DNA of 64,000 nucleotides from Eledone cirrhosa (GCA_964016885.1 OZ024745.1:10416001-10480000), one strand, 5' to 3'. Numbered from the stretch's first letter, positions 50,113 to 61,690 are shown. The notes: generated by a model not told the origin, from the sequence alone. Translations and numbers: made by a program.

Positions 50113-53100
50113 CTACAGCTGGATACCTATCACCAACCACAATACAGGGTGTACTGGCTGCTCATCTGTCCTGTAGATCACCAACACTGGGGAGGGTGTC
50201 AGGTCTACAGGTGTGTTTATCCTGTAGATCACCAACACTGGGGAGGGTGTCAGGTCTACAGGTGTGTTTATCCTGTAGATCAATACTGGGGAGGGTGTCA
50301 GGTCTACAGGTGTGTTTATCCTGTAGATCACCAACACTGGGGAGGGTGTCAGGTCTACAGGTGTGTTTATCCTGTAGATCACCAACACTGGGGAGGGTGT
50401 CAGGTCTACAGGTGTAAATATCCTGTAGATCACCAACACTGGGGAGGGTGTCAGGTCTACAGGTGTGTTTATCCTGTAGATCACCAACACTGGGGAGGGT
50501 GTCAGGTCTACAGGTGTGTTTATCCTGTAGATCAATACTGGGGAGGGTGTCAGGTCTACAGGTGTGTTTATCCTGTAGATCACCAACACTGGGGAGGGTG
50601 TCAGGTCTACAGGTGTGTTTATCCTGTAGATCACCAACACTGGGGAGGGTGTCAGGTCTACAGGTGTGATTATCCTGTAGATCACCAATACTGGGGAGGG
50701 TGTCAGTTCTATAGGTGTAAATATCCTGTAGATCACCAATACTGGGGAGGGTGTTAGGTCTACAGGTGTGATTATCCTGTAGATCACCAATACTGGGGAG
50801 GGTGTCAGGTCTACAGGTGTGATTATCCTGTAGATCACCAATACTGGGGAGGGTGTCAGGTCTACAGGTGTGATTATCCTGTAGATCACCAACACTGGGG
50901 AGGGTGTCAGGTCTACAGGTGTAAATATCCTGTAGATCACCAATACTGGGGAGGGTGTTAGGTCTACAGGTGTGATTATCCTGTAGATCACCAACACTGG
51001 GGAGGGTGTCAGGTCTACAGGTGTAAATATCCTGTAGATCACCAATACTGGGGAGGGTGTTAGGTCTACAGGTGTGATTATCCTGTAGATCACCAATACT
51101 GGGGAGGGTGTTAGGTCTACAGGTGTGTTTATCCTGTAGATCACCAACACTGGGGAGGGTGTCAGGTCTACAGGTGTGTTTATCCTGTAGATCAATACTG
51201 GGGAGGGTGTTAGGTCTACAGGTGTGTTTATCCTGTAGATCACCAACACTGGGGAGGGTGTCAGGTCTACAGGTGTAAATATCCTGTAGATTACCAATAC
51301 TGGGGAGGGTGTTAGGTCTACAGGTGTGTTTATCCTGTAGATCACCAATACTGGGGAGGGTGTTAGGTCTACAGGTGTGATTATCCTGTAGATCACCAAT
51401 ACTGGGGAGGGTGTCAGGTCTACAGGTGTGTTTATCCTGTAGATCACCAACACTGGGGAGGGTGTCAGTTCTATAGGTGTAAATATCCTGTAGATCACCA
51501 ATACTGGGGAGGGTGTTAGGTCTACAGGTGTGATTATCCTGTAGATCACCAATACTGGGGAGGGTGTCAGGTCTACAGGTGTGTTTATCCTGTAGATCAC
51601 CAACACTGGGGAGGGTGTCAGGTCTACAGGTGTGTTTATCCTGTAGATCAATACTGGGGAGGGTGTCAGGTCTACAGGTGTGTTTATCCTGTAGATCACC
51701 AACACTGGGGAGGGTGTCAGGTCTACAGGTGTGTTTATCCTGTAGATCACCAACACTGGGGAGGGTGTCAGGTCTACAGGTGTAAATATCCTGTAGATCA
51801 CCAACACTGGGGAGGGTGTCAGGTCTACAGGTGTGTTTATCCTGTAGATCACCAACACTGGGGAGGGTGTCAGGTCTACAGGTGTGTTTATCCTGTAGAT
51901 CAATACTGGGGAGGGTGTCAGGTCTACAGGTGTGTTTATCCTGTAGATCACCAACACTGGGGAGGGTGTCAGGTCTACAGGTGTGTTTATCCTGTAGATC
52001 ACCAACACTGGGGAGGGTGTCAGGTCTACAGGTGTGTTTATCCTGTAGATCAATACTGGGGAGGGTGTCAGGTCTACAGGTGTGTTTATCCTGTAGATCA
52101 CCAACACTGGGGAGAGTGTCAGGTCTACAGGTGTAAATATCCTGTAGATCACCAATACTGGGGAGGGTGTTAGGTCTACAGGTGTGTTTATCCTGTAGAT
52201 CACCAATACTGGGGAGGGTTTTAGGTCTACAGGTGTGATTATCCTGTAGATTACCAATACTGGGGAGGGTGTTAGGTCTACAGGTGTGTTTATCCTGTAG
52301 ATCACCAATACTGGGGAGGGTGTTAGGTCTACAGGTGTGTTTATCCTGTAGATCACCAATACTGGGGAGGGTGTTAGGTCTACAGGTGTGTTTATCCTGT
52401 AGATCACCAACACTGGGGAGGGTGTCAGTTCTATAGGTGTAAATATCCTGTAGATCACCAATACTGGGGAGGGTGTTAGGTCTACAGGTGTGATTATCCT
52501 GTAGATCACCAACACTGGGGAGAGTGTCAGTTCTATAGGTGTAAATATCCTGTAGATCACCAACACTGGGGGGGGTGTTAGGTCTACAGGTGTGTTTATC
52601 CTGTAGATCATCAATACTGGGGTGGGTGTCAGGTCTACAGGTGTAAATATCCTGTAGATCACCAATACTGGGGAGGGTGTCAGGTCTACAGGTGTAAATA
52701 TCCTGTAGATCACCAACACTGGGGAGGGTGTCAGGTCAACAGGTGTAAATATCCTGTAGATCACCAATACTGGGGAGGGTGTCAGGTCTACAGGTGTAAA
52801 TATCCTGTAGATCACCAACACTGGGGAGGGTGTCAGGTCAACAGGTGTAAATATCCTGTAGATCACCAATACTGGGGAGGGTGTCAGGTCAACAGGTGTA
52901 AATATCCTGTAGATCACCAACACTGGGGAGGGTGTCAGTTCTATAGGTGTAAATATCCTGTAGATCACCAATACTGGGGAGGGTGTCAGGTCTACAGGTG
53001 TAAATATCCTGTAGATCACCAATACTGGGGAGGGTGTCAGTTCTATAGGTGTAAATATCCTGTAGATCACCAATACTGGGGAGGGTGTCAGGTCTACAGG

Positions 53101-54405
53101 TGTAAATATCCTGTAGATCACCAACACTGGGGAGAGTGTCAGTTCTATAGGTGTAAATATCCTGTAGATCACCAACACTGGGGAGGGTGTCAGGTCTACA
53201 GGTGTAAATATCCTGTAGATCACCAACACTGGGGAGGGTGTCAGTTCTATAGGTGTAAATATCCTGTAGATCACCAATACTGGGGAGGGTGTCAGGTCTA
53301 CAGGTGTAAATATCCTGTAGATCACCAATACTGGGGAGGGTGTCAGGTCTACAGGTGTAAATATCCTGTAGATCACCAATACTGGGGAGGGTGTCAGGTC
53401 TACAGGTGTAAATATCCTGTAGATCACCAATACTGGGGAGGGTGTCAGTTCTATAGGTGTAAATATCCTGTAGATCACCAATATTGGGGAGGGTGTCAGT
53501 TCTATAGGTGTAAATATCCTGTAGATCACCAACACTGGGGAGAGTGTCAGGTCTACAGGTGTAAATATCCTGTAGATCACCAATACTGGGGAGGGTGTCA
53601 GGTCTACAGGTGTAAATATCCTGTAGATCACCAACACTGGGGAGAGTGTCAGTTCTATAGGTGTAAATATCCTGTAGATCACCAATACTGGGGAGGGTGT
53701 CAGGTCTACAGGTGTAAATATCCTGTAGATCACCAATACTGGGGAGGGTGTCAGGTCAACAGGTGTAAATATCCTGTAGATCACCAATACTGGGGAGGGT
53801 GTCAGGTCTACAGGTGTAAATATCCTGTAGATCACCAATATTGGGGAGGGTGTCAGGTCAACAGGTGTAAATATCCTGTAGATCACCAATATTGGGGAGG
53901 GTGTCAGTTCTATAGGTGTAAATATCCTGTAGATCACCAACACTGGGGAGGGTGTCAGGTCAACAGGTGTAAATATCCTGTAGATCACCAATACTGGGGA
54001 GGGTGTCAGGTCTACAGGTGTAAATATCCTGTAGATCACCAACACTGGGGAGAGTGTCAGTTCTATAGGTGTAAATATCCTGTAGATCTCCAATACTGGG
54101 GAGGGTGTCAGGTCTACAGGTGTAAATATCCTGTAGATCACCAATACTGGGGAGGGTGTCAGGTCTACAGGTGTAAATATCCTGTAGATCACCAACACTG
54201 GGGAGAGTGTCAGGTCTATGGCACAGTTGAAGAGTCTTCCAATCCTTTCTTTGCTAAGTGTTCTATGACTTGAGGCTCTTCTTATCACCAACAACTTTGC
54301 AGAAGTTGAGTCTTCAGGTGTCCTAGCTCCCCCAACTGACAATTTCAGAAAAGAAACTTCTGCAAAATCACAAAAACAGCGTTCTGCATAAGGAAGAGGC
54401 TCCAT
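50113..54405 (-). CDS. Hypothetical 1430-aa tandem-repeat ORF (17-aa unit TPVDLTPSPVLVIYRI[N/I/F]); coding status unproven
   Basis: It is the only frame open across the whole array, with an ATG and about 62 unique codons upstream. Several frequent variants are synonymous and the indel is 3 bp. No recognisable domain. Confidence 0.2.
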   Translation of the reverse strand: MEPLPYAERCFCDFAEVSFLKLSVGGARTPEDSTSAKLLVIRRASSHRTLSKERIGRLFNCAIDLTLSPVLVIYRIFTPVDLTPSPVLVIYRIFTPVDLTPSPVLEIYRIFTPIELTLSPVLVIYRIFTPVDLTPSPVLVIYRIFTPVDLTPSPVLVIYRIFTPIELTPSPILVIYRIFTPVDLTPSPILVIYRIFTPVDLTPSPVLVIYRIFTPVDLTPSPVLVIYRIFTPVDLTPSPVLVIYRIFTPIELTLSPVLVIYRIFTPVDLTPSPVLVIYRIFTPVDLTLSPVLVIYRIFTPIELTPSPILVIYRIFTPIELTPSPVLVIYRIFTPVDLTPSPVLVIYRIFTPVDLTPSPVLVIYRIFTPVDLTPSPVLVIYRIFTPIELTPSPVLVIYRIFTPVDLTPSPVLVIYRIFTPIELTLSPVLVIYRIFTPVDLTPSPVLVIYRIFTPIELTPSPVLVIYRIFTPVDLTPSPVLVIYRIFTPIELTPSPVLVIYRIFTPVDLTPSPVLVIYRIFTPVDLTPSPVLVIYRIFTPVDLTPSPVLVIYRIFTPVDLTPSPVLVIYRIFTPVDLTPSPVLVIYRIFTPVDLTPTPVLMIYRINTPVDLTPPPVLVIYRIFTPIELTLSPVLVIYRIITPVDLTPSPVLVIYRIFTPIELTPSPVLVIYRINTPVDLTPSPVLVIYRINTPVDLTPSPVLVIYRINTPVDLTPSPVLVIYRIITPVDLKPSPVLVIYRINTPVDLTPSPVLVIYRIFTPVDLTLSPVLVIYRINTPVDLTPSPVLIYRINTPVDLTPSPVLVIYRINTPVDLTPSPVLVIYRINTPVDLTPSPVLIYRINTPVDLTPSPVLVIYRINTPVDLTPSPVLVIYRIFTPVDLTPSPVLVIYRINTPVDLTPSPVLVIYRINTPVDLTPSPVLIYRINTPVDLTPSPVLVIYRINTPVDLTPSPVLVIYRIITPVDLTPSPVLVIYRIFTPIELTPSPVLVIYRINTPVDLTPSPVLVIYRIITPVDLTPSPVLVIYRINTPVDLTPSPVLVIYRIFTPVDLTPSPVLVIYRINTPVDLTPSPVLIYRINTPVDLTPSPVLVIYRINTPVDLTPSPVLVIYRIITPVDLTPSPVLVIYRIFTPVDLTPSPVLVIYRIITPVDLTPSPVLVIYRIFTPVDLTPSPVLVIYRIITPVDLTPSPVLVIYRIITPVDLTPSPVLVIYRIITPVDLTPSPVLVIYRIFTPIELTPSPVLVIYRIITPVDLTPSPVLVIYRINTPVDLTPSPVLVIYRINTPVDLTPSPVLIYRINTPVDLTPSPVLVIYRINTPVDLTPSPVLVIYRIFTPVDLTPSPVLVIYRINTPVDLTPSPVLVIYRINTPVDLTPSPVLIYRINTPVDLTPSPVLVIYRINTPVDLTPSPVLVIYRTDEQPVHPVLWLVIGIQL
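50169..54218. repeat. 51-bp minisatellite (48-bp variant), about 80 units
   Basis: TCCTGTAGATCACCAAYACTGGGGAGGGTGTYAGGTCTACAGGTGT(GTT/GAT/AAA)TA repeated, with the internal inverted repeat CCTGTAGA/TCTACAGG. Confidence 0.98.
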
Positions 54406-55341
54406 GGGGTGGAGTAGCTGTTGCAGTGAGTGTTACTGGTCATTCTCTGTGGCAATACTTCACAATTTTGTCAGCAGGACAGTCTTTCTACAGTCTGTCG
54501 CTCCCTCTTCATTGTTTAATTTCTTCATTTTATTTTTTTTTTTTTCTTCTATTTTTTTTATTACTTTGTATTTAAAAAAAATGATTTTTTTTATTAATTA
54601 AATTTACATTTTTATTGTTGATAATAATAAATAATCAGCAACCTGAAATGGTGTGGCCCCTAGAGAATGTGTGTGACCCCAAGGGAAAGGTTGTGACTCC
54701 CCAGGGAAAGATATCCCTGCTTTACAAGTTTCTATTTCTATCTTAATGTGAGACAGAGTATGAACATTTAGTTGATATATGCAAGGGAGACAACTGTACT
54801 AGTAATTACTTAAGATTTGATGACTCATGACATGTGTCAAGATAGATGTGAACTGGTAAAGGGAATACAATAGACAGTATTGACCAGACACTCAATTTAG
54901 TATAAATAAAGTTTCATACATTTAACATCTATGTGTGCCCTTCGTTTACCTGTGAAAATAGCATACAGGTGGTGCAATGACTGTCAAATAAAATAAAAAT
55001 ATAATGAAATGATTGTGTACAGTGCTCAGGTGCACTACAACTCATCAAAGGTGCATGCATAGTACATAGAATAATATACAAATGTCAGGGAAGTGAATAG
55101 TGTATGAGTCATGATATACATGTGTGCGTGTGTATGGAGGGGGATATCAGGTGTAGTGTTGGTGAATTTCAGGAAACATGGAAGTTTTAATGGATGCAGT
55201 GTCTTGACAGCTAACAACTGATGCAGGTAGTTTGTTCCATGGAGGTTTTAAAGGATGCAGTGTCTCGACAGCTAACAACTGATGCAGGTAGTTTGTTCCA
55301 TGGAGGTTTTAAAGGATGCAGTGTCTCGACAGCTAGCAACT

Positions 55342-57357
55342 TGTAGCAGTTGCCTCCCTTGTTGTGACTCACAACCCCAATAGATTAACATCTAGACGGG
55401 AAGTAGAACCCTTTCTGTAACTTCCGGTCAGAACCCTATAAAACTAACAACTTTAAGTTCTCACTCTCTCATTTGCCCTTCCGGCGCCTGGCCTTCGCCA
55501 GGCGTCTTCTGCCAGCCTGCGTTTGCCTGGCAATCAAAACGGTAATTACTAACTTTGCTTCATTCTTTCATCTATTTCATTGACATGTCAACTATACTGT
55601 TAAATTGTTGATTAAATATTATACACACCAACCATGTCTCCTTGTTACATTTACACAACCCAGTATTTCCGCTATATTGGTGACCCTGGCGTGATACGAA
55701 CACGCAGCCGTTCATTGTTATAAGTGGTCACCCCGAAAAAAGAAAAAAATAGCAGAATCTGGTGGTGTGTGAGTAACATTACGAATACACAGCAAATTTA
55801 TTGACAAACTATGAAAATACTCAGTCAAAGAAACGAACACACCACGCACATGTGCAACTAACTGTCGCATTTCACGATATATATATATGTTTCTCGTTTC
55901 TTACAATAAACACTTTCAAAAAAAAAAAATAAATAAAATAAAAGAAATTTGATATTTTTTAAAAAACATTTCAACAGGAACATTTATTTTCGATGAACCA
56001 TTGCCTTTTTTTTTTCATCGTTCAATAATTATGCTAAGTGAAGCCTTTCTTTTTCATCATTGTCACTTTCACACTTGCACTATCATTTTCTCGCGCGTTA
56101 GAAATATTATTTTTTCAACCTAACATAACCTTGTATTGGCACGTGTAGGCAGCACAAATTCTCGACTCACAGAGATATCTCGACTCACAGAGATAGCCGC
56201 ACGCCAGAGATAACGTTTCTCGCCAAGGATTCTTCAGCCTTAAGCTATATTCTCCTATTTGCCGGTTTAAAAATTTACCACGTAAATTTGCCGTTGAAAA
56301 CTGCGCATTTATTCAGAATGCTTATTTCTTTGGTCGCTGGCCTCTTGACTCTTCCAGGTCAACGTATTCTCAACATCGACCATCAACTTCGGCTGTTATT
56401 TCTAGCACTTTGCGCAACTCATTTTTTTCTGAAAAAATTTTTTTTTTACTGTGAATTTAAACACCGAATACGCTCACTCCGCGAGACAACATCAACAGCA
56501 ACACTGCTTCACCAACAACCAAAACCAGCAGAACAAGCCAGAGAATTTATTTTTGCAGCACTCTTCCTGTGAGAAAATCCATTCGGAGGTTGGAAATTTC
56601 ACGATATACCACAGAACAGAAACCACCTGCATTCATTCTCTGGAACACACTTTCTTTCCTGCTGTCATGTGATTGCACACCTGTGAACTATATTTTGTAC
56701 ATTTGAACTTTGAGCTCTTCTCTTACGTTATTACATTGTATCTTTGGGTGATGGATAGATAGATGTCCAGTCGTTCTCTGGCCAAGAGCGGTTGGCTACC
56801 TTGACATCTATCATTGATTTTTGCAAACATTCTTTTGTCGTAATTTTCATGCCTGTTACAACATTCTCGCCAACTTGCTACATATTTCATTCGATTTTTA
56901 TATTCTAAAATTCTGGCGGGAGATTATGTAGCAGTTGTCTCCCTTGTTGTGACTCACAACCCCAATAGATTAACAACATCTAGACGGGAAGTAGAACCCT
57001 TTCTGTAACTTCCGGTCAGAACCCTATAAAACTAACAACTTTAAGTTCTCACTCTCTCATTTGCCCTTCCGGCGCCTGGCCTTCGCCAGGCGTCTTCTGC
57101 CAGCCTGCGTTTGCCTGGCAATCAAAACGGTAACTGCTAACTTTGCTTCATTCTTTCATCTATTTCATTGACATGTCAACTATACTGTTAAATTGTCCCG
57201 GATAGGTATCCCATTCCCCATCTCCATGATTTTGCATCTTCACTGCAGGGGTGTAAGATTTTTTTCTAAGTTAGATTTAGTGCGAGCCTACCACCAAATT
57301 CCGGTCAGGAAGGAGGATATTCCGAAAACTGCGATTACAACCCAGTTCTCCGCTATA
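55342..57357 (+). mobile_element. Non-autonomous LTR retrotransposon (Gypsy-like, TRIM/LARD type)
   Basis: LTRs at 55342-55676 and 56927-57357 (TGTAGC...GCTATA); 4-bp TSD AACT (55338-55341, 57358-57361); PBS after the 5' LTR; purine-rich GGCGGGAGA before the 3' LTR. The interior of about 1.25 kb has no recognisable gag/pol. Confidence 0.9.
55678..55695 (+). other. Primer binding site complementary to the tRNA-Trp 3' end
   Basis: TGGTGACCCTGGCGTGAT versus the reverse complement of the eukaryotic tRNA-Trp 3' end, recalled as TGGTGACCCCGACGTGAT (16/18). Confidence 0.8.
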
Positions 57358-57918
57358 AACTGATGCAGGTAGTTTGTTCCATACTTCAGCAACTCTGAGC
57401 GTGAAAAAATGTTTCCAAAAGTCATGGGAGCTGTGCTGTTTTCTGACTTTCTAGGCATGTCCAAGTGAGTTAGACACATGGAAATCAAAAAGGTGCTCAG
57501 GGTTGTTGCTGGCAAGATGGTTAATAATTTTGTGGGTGTTTACCAAGTCAGTTGCCAGACGTTGGAGCTTCAATGTATCCATGCCCAGGGAAGCAAGGTG
57601 TTCAGAGTATGGTAGATGCCTGATGGAGGCCATTCGCTTGGTTGCATTAGACATTCTTCAAATTGATTTTCAGTGATTGCTAGCTTCAGGGTGATTGTTG
57701 AACAATTCCTTCCAGATGTAGAATGGATCCAGTTTTTGAAAACTATTTTTTCTTCATCTTTTTTTATGCTTATTTTCTCCCCTCCTTGGTCTTCCCTAAT
57801 TAATTTGAAAAAAAAAAAATATAATTTAATTTTTCTTTTTATATTCACTTATATATCTTGTTGTTTCTCAGCTGTAAGAAGTACTAGATACTTCCCCTAG
57901 TCTGTCATGGCTTACTAG

Positions 57919-58185
57919 TAGGGCTGGATTTAATGGGGGGGGGGGGGGGGGGGGGGGGCTTGGACCCCCTGCAGTGGGAGCCCCACCAGTGGCGGCTGTA
58001 GCAATTTATTTGTGCCCTCACCTGGGCTTTTTAGTTTTAAGATGGTTAGAATTTTGGAATTTAATACCTTTATGTATAACTTTTCAATTCCAGTTACTTG
58101 CGTCAAGCAAACTTTGATATGTAAAATTGTGTGTTGGGAGTTTTTTTGTGTATGAGCCCCCCCTCCCCGTCTAAATCCAACCTTG
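57919..58185. mobile_element. hAT-type MITE
   Basis: Imperfect TIRs TAGGGCTGGATTTA / TAAATCCAACCTTG and an 8-bp TSD CTTACTAG / CTTACTTG (7/8). It contains an internal poly-G. Confidence 0.75.
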
Positions 58186-58470
58186 CTTACTTGCTCTATG
58201 GACTTCTAAATTAAATAAATAAATATGTAGATCCCACTGTAACTTTGGTATGATAATTTAGTTTATTTTTTTACCTCTAACATAATTTTCCAACTATAGA
58301 AGAAGGTGAAGATGGACCCAGGGCCGTGGGAATTGGTGGCTACTTTAGTTTATTGATTGTGAAATTATGAAAGACAAAGTTGGTTTTGGTGGGATTTGAA
58401 CTTACAGCACAGCGAACTGGAACAAATGACACCTGGTCTTTTGTCCTACACTCTAACAACCTTGCAAGTT

Positions 58471-58783
58471 ATCATAATCATCATTTTACGTCCGCTTTTC
58501 CCTGCTTGCAAGGGTGGGACAGGAACTGATTCTGGCTTGATTTCTACAGCTGGATGCCCTTCCTAACACCAACCTCATTTACAGTGAGTGCTGGGTGCTT
58601 TTTTGAGGTGGCACCTCCACGACCACTTTGCAGTGGAATGATAGGGACCCCAGCTGAGTAAACTGGAGCAATGTGAAATAAAGTGTCTTGTTCAAGGAAA
58701 CAACACATCACCCGGTCTGAGAATTGAACTCACAACCTTTTGATTGCAAGCCCAATGCTCTAACCACTAAGCCATGTGCCTCC
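58471..58783 (-). mobile_element. SINE family A, second copy
   Basis: Reverse complement of 15052-15398 with small indels; same head, core, RTE module and tail. Confidence 0.9.
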
Positions 58784-59429
58784 AAGTTACCATATACTAT
58801 ATATATTAAGTGGAGGTAGTGCTGGTGTAGAAAGATTCGCAATGGAATATATCTAGTTATCATATTTGTAGTTAAAATAGAAATCACATTCATATTCTGT
58901 GGCAGCAATTCTAGTAGAGAGTGGGTTTCGGTTTTCAATTTTCTACTTGGAAATTTCAACGTCACTTCAATGGAACACTCAAATAGGATTATGTCAAAGT
59001 AACTTTAATATGAAACAAGAAGTTTATTTACATGGCAAACATAATTTTTTTAATTTTAAATTTATCTTTACACCCTTTCGGGGGTCGATGATAAAATACC
59101 AGTCACGTACTGTGTCAATATAATCGACTTTCCTCAAAATTGTTGGCCTTGTGCCCAAATTATAAAATTCAGCTGATCATGTTTGTTTTTGTCCCCAACC
59201 CCCCTCTAAAAATAATTATCCGAGAAAACCAATAACCGCCGTAAAATTAAATAAGTTTGTAAGCTGTAAGGAGATATGAGTCCTAGAAAAAAACTGTCAT
59301 GGCCTAACTTATTGGGCGAGTTTACCACTTTAATAGAAGTAATTATTTCTGAATTTCTTTTCAGAAAGAATATTTATTTCAAGAAATATTGTATACAACT
59401 TATAGTAAAATTAAAATAAACGAATGATT

Positions 59430-59633
59430 TCGGCGATAGCAGTCAAAGTTACAAATCAAAGCAACAATGTGACCCTAATAAAGTCTCACGAAACGGGAAG
59501 TTGTTTCGGAAAACGAAAGTTTTACATTCCCGATTTTTCATATTACCCATAATTCGCGCTCGAATATTTAAACTGAATTAAGTTTGCGGGAATTTTCTTA
59601 ATTCTTGTTCTTCTCCGTCCAAAATACGTAAGT
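59430..59633 (+). promoter_or_regulatory. Putative housekeeping-type promoter with non-coding first exon and splice donor
   Basis: Local CpG enrichment; ETS-like CGGGAAGT; ZNF143/Staf-like TTACCCATAAT; E2F-like TTCGCGC and TTTGCGGGAA; donor TAC|GTAAGT at 59627/59628 followed by T-rich sequence. Confidence 0.5.
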
Positions 59634-60754
59634 TTTTTTAAACTTATAAATATAAGTAAATATAAATATTTTCACGTAGTTTTTTATGTATGTATTAAGG
59701 TGTTAACATCAATAATTCGACTTTTTAAGTTAGTTTATTGCTTTAAAAGTAATTTTGGCTTTTGATATTTTATTAATTTCCTATGTAAATATTAGCAGAA
59801 AAAACAACAACAAAAAAAAAAACCCCGTTAACTCTTTGTACTTCGTAGTAAATATGTTATTTGCTATCCGATTAAAACTTTATTTTTATGTACAATATAT
59901 TTGTACAATTTTAACGGTCAATAAGTATCGAAAACCAATTAAACTAATGTATAATTGGTTTATTATATATTTCACTTAAGTACATTACTGAGTTGAATTA
60001 ATATTTTCTTTCGTTTTGATTTTATAATAACCAACAAAATTTACTGTAAATATTTTTGTCTCGATTGCTAAGTCATCGCAGTACAATTTATTAAATTGTA
60101 CCGACTTTTCTAGACGTAATTTCTGAAACGTAATTATATATTCAATTATAAAACAAAATTTGAATGAATGAGGCTGTTGGTGTATTTAAACAGGCTATTG
60201 GTAGTTCTATAAAGTTAGGTTGTTTAGCTCCAGATCTGATCCAACACGCCTCTTATTAATGGAGTAATTGTCGACTTTTATTTATAATATCTGTAGGGTT
60301 ACAATATTCTATATATCCAGATATTAAGAGAGCAAGGATTGTGAGATCAGTGATATTTGATACTTGGTTTACTGTTTCTAGCATCGACTCACAATGTTGA
60401 CTTTCTACTAAACCGAAACATCCATTTCTTTACAAAGAAATAAAAAAAAAAAAAGAAACCAAAATCCCGACATTTCTTTACAAAAAAGGAAGTACACATT
60501 GGATAATGTAAATCTAGATATATAATGTCGTAGATGACATAGTCATGGCTGGAAGGCATGTTTTAAGCCGACTTGGGGTTAAACAGACAGCTACTGTCCA
60601 CCGAACGACACATGGCAGCATTTTTGTGTTCATCCTTAAAATAACAGTCAAATCTCTCCGAAATCACATACTGTCTTAAAAAGGGGAGAATACATTGGAT
60701 GATATAATCCTGGATACAGAAAAGGATATGATCCCAACTGGACAGCCTTTAATG

Positions 60755-61157
60755 ATAATTGTTTCTACTTTAAGCACAAGGCCAGCAATTACCCAGTACA
60801 TTACTGGTACTTTATTTTATCTACCCCGTAGGGATGAAAGGCAAAGTTAACCTCGGCGGGATTTGAACTCAAACCGTAAAGGGACGTAACTATGCGTTAA
60901 AGCATGGCGTCCGACCCTCTACCGATACTGCCAATTCACCGCCTTTAATGATAATGGTTTCTGATTTAGGTACAAGGCCAACAATTTTGGGGGAGGGGAA
61001 AGTCAATTAAATCGACACCAGTGTATTACTGGTACTTCATCGATGCCCGTAAGGATGAAAGGCAAAGTTAGCCTCGGCGGGATTTGAACCCAGAATGTAA
61101 AGGGAGGTAACTCTATAACGCAAAGCGTGTCCGACGCTCTATCGATTCTACCACCCT
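60755..61157 (-). mobile_element. Tandem pair of SINE family B
   Basis: Two consecutive copies of ..TTACTGGTACT..GGATGAAAGGCAAAGTTARCCTCGGCGGGATTTGAAC..TCCGACSCTCTA.. Confidence 0.85.
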
Positions 61158-61249
61158 TAATAATACGGGCAGTTCTAGGGGTAAACTTTTGTGGAAACAT
61201 ACAGACATGTACAAAGCTAACAGATTTATACGTATAGGAGTCAACGAAG

Positions 61250-61690
61250 GAGCCTCTACGTGGTTGTCCGAACTGTTAGAAATAGTAACCAAAATTTCCT
61301 TTAACAGATCCTATCGTCATAGAAAAGAGCACGTTGAATATGATCCCGGGTTCCACGAACATCAGAAAAAGACGGGATTGTCACGACTAGAATACTTTTG
61401 ATCATAGGTTTGATCGATCATAGTTGACCTGGGACTAAACAACTATCACCAATACTACCGCCACCACCACCAACGCAACCACCACCAACACTCCTGTATT
61501 TCTCAACTGCTCTCCTTGTTTAATTCTAGGTCATTCCTAATTATGCAGGCTTATGACCAAAATCATTCTTTTTCAGGTATTATATATCAAATACTGTCCA
61601 ATGTAGTTCTGGCTGTTTTAAAAATGGTAGGGGTGTGATTTAAGGAAAATTTGTCTGCTATTTCTAGCAGGGCAAGCGACTACTTGTTTA
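61250..61690. mobile_element. Inverted pair of a further short interspersed repeat (other copies at about 15560, 38660, 39230, 60480, 60640)
   Basis: + copy TAGAAATAGTAACCAAAATTTCCTT..TGATCATAGG..TGACCTGGGACTAAACAAC; - copy TTGTTTAATTCTAGGTCA..AAGGAAAATTTGTCTGCTATTTCTAG. Confidence 0.6.

Larger units (their letters stand above)
54995..57655 (-). mobile_element. CR1-clade LINE 3' fragment (same family as 35003-38256), with 3 copies of the 61-bp unit, split by an LTR element
   Basis: 54995-55341 is the 3' UTR plus repeats. 57358-57655 is the upstream ORF2 part (ATKRMASIRHLPYSEHLASLGMDTLKLQRL..FDFHVSN). Confidence 0.88.

Noticed and set aside
50028-52136. Plus-strand Cys/His-rich ORFs resembling zinc fingers
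   Set aside because: Satellite translations repeatedly broken by stop-creating variants; the spacing does not match C2H2 or other finger types.
56288-56672. gag/env-like ORFs inside the LTR element
   Set aside because: Short, low-complexity ORFs with no CCHC, protease, RT or integrase motifs.
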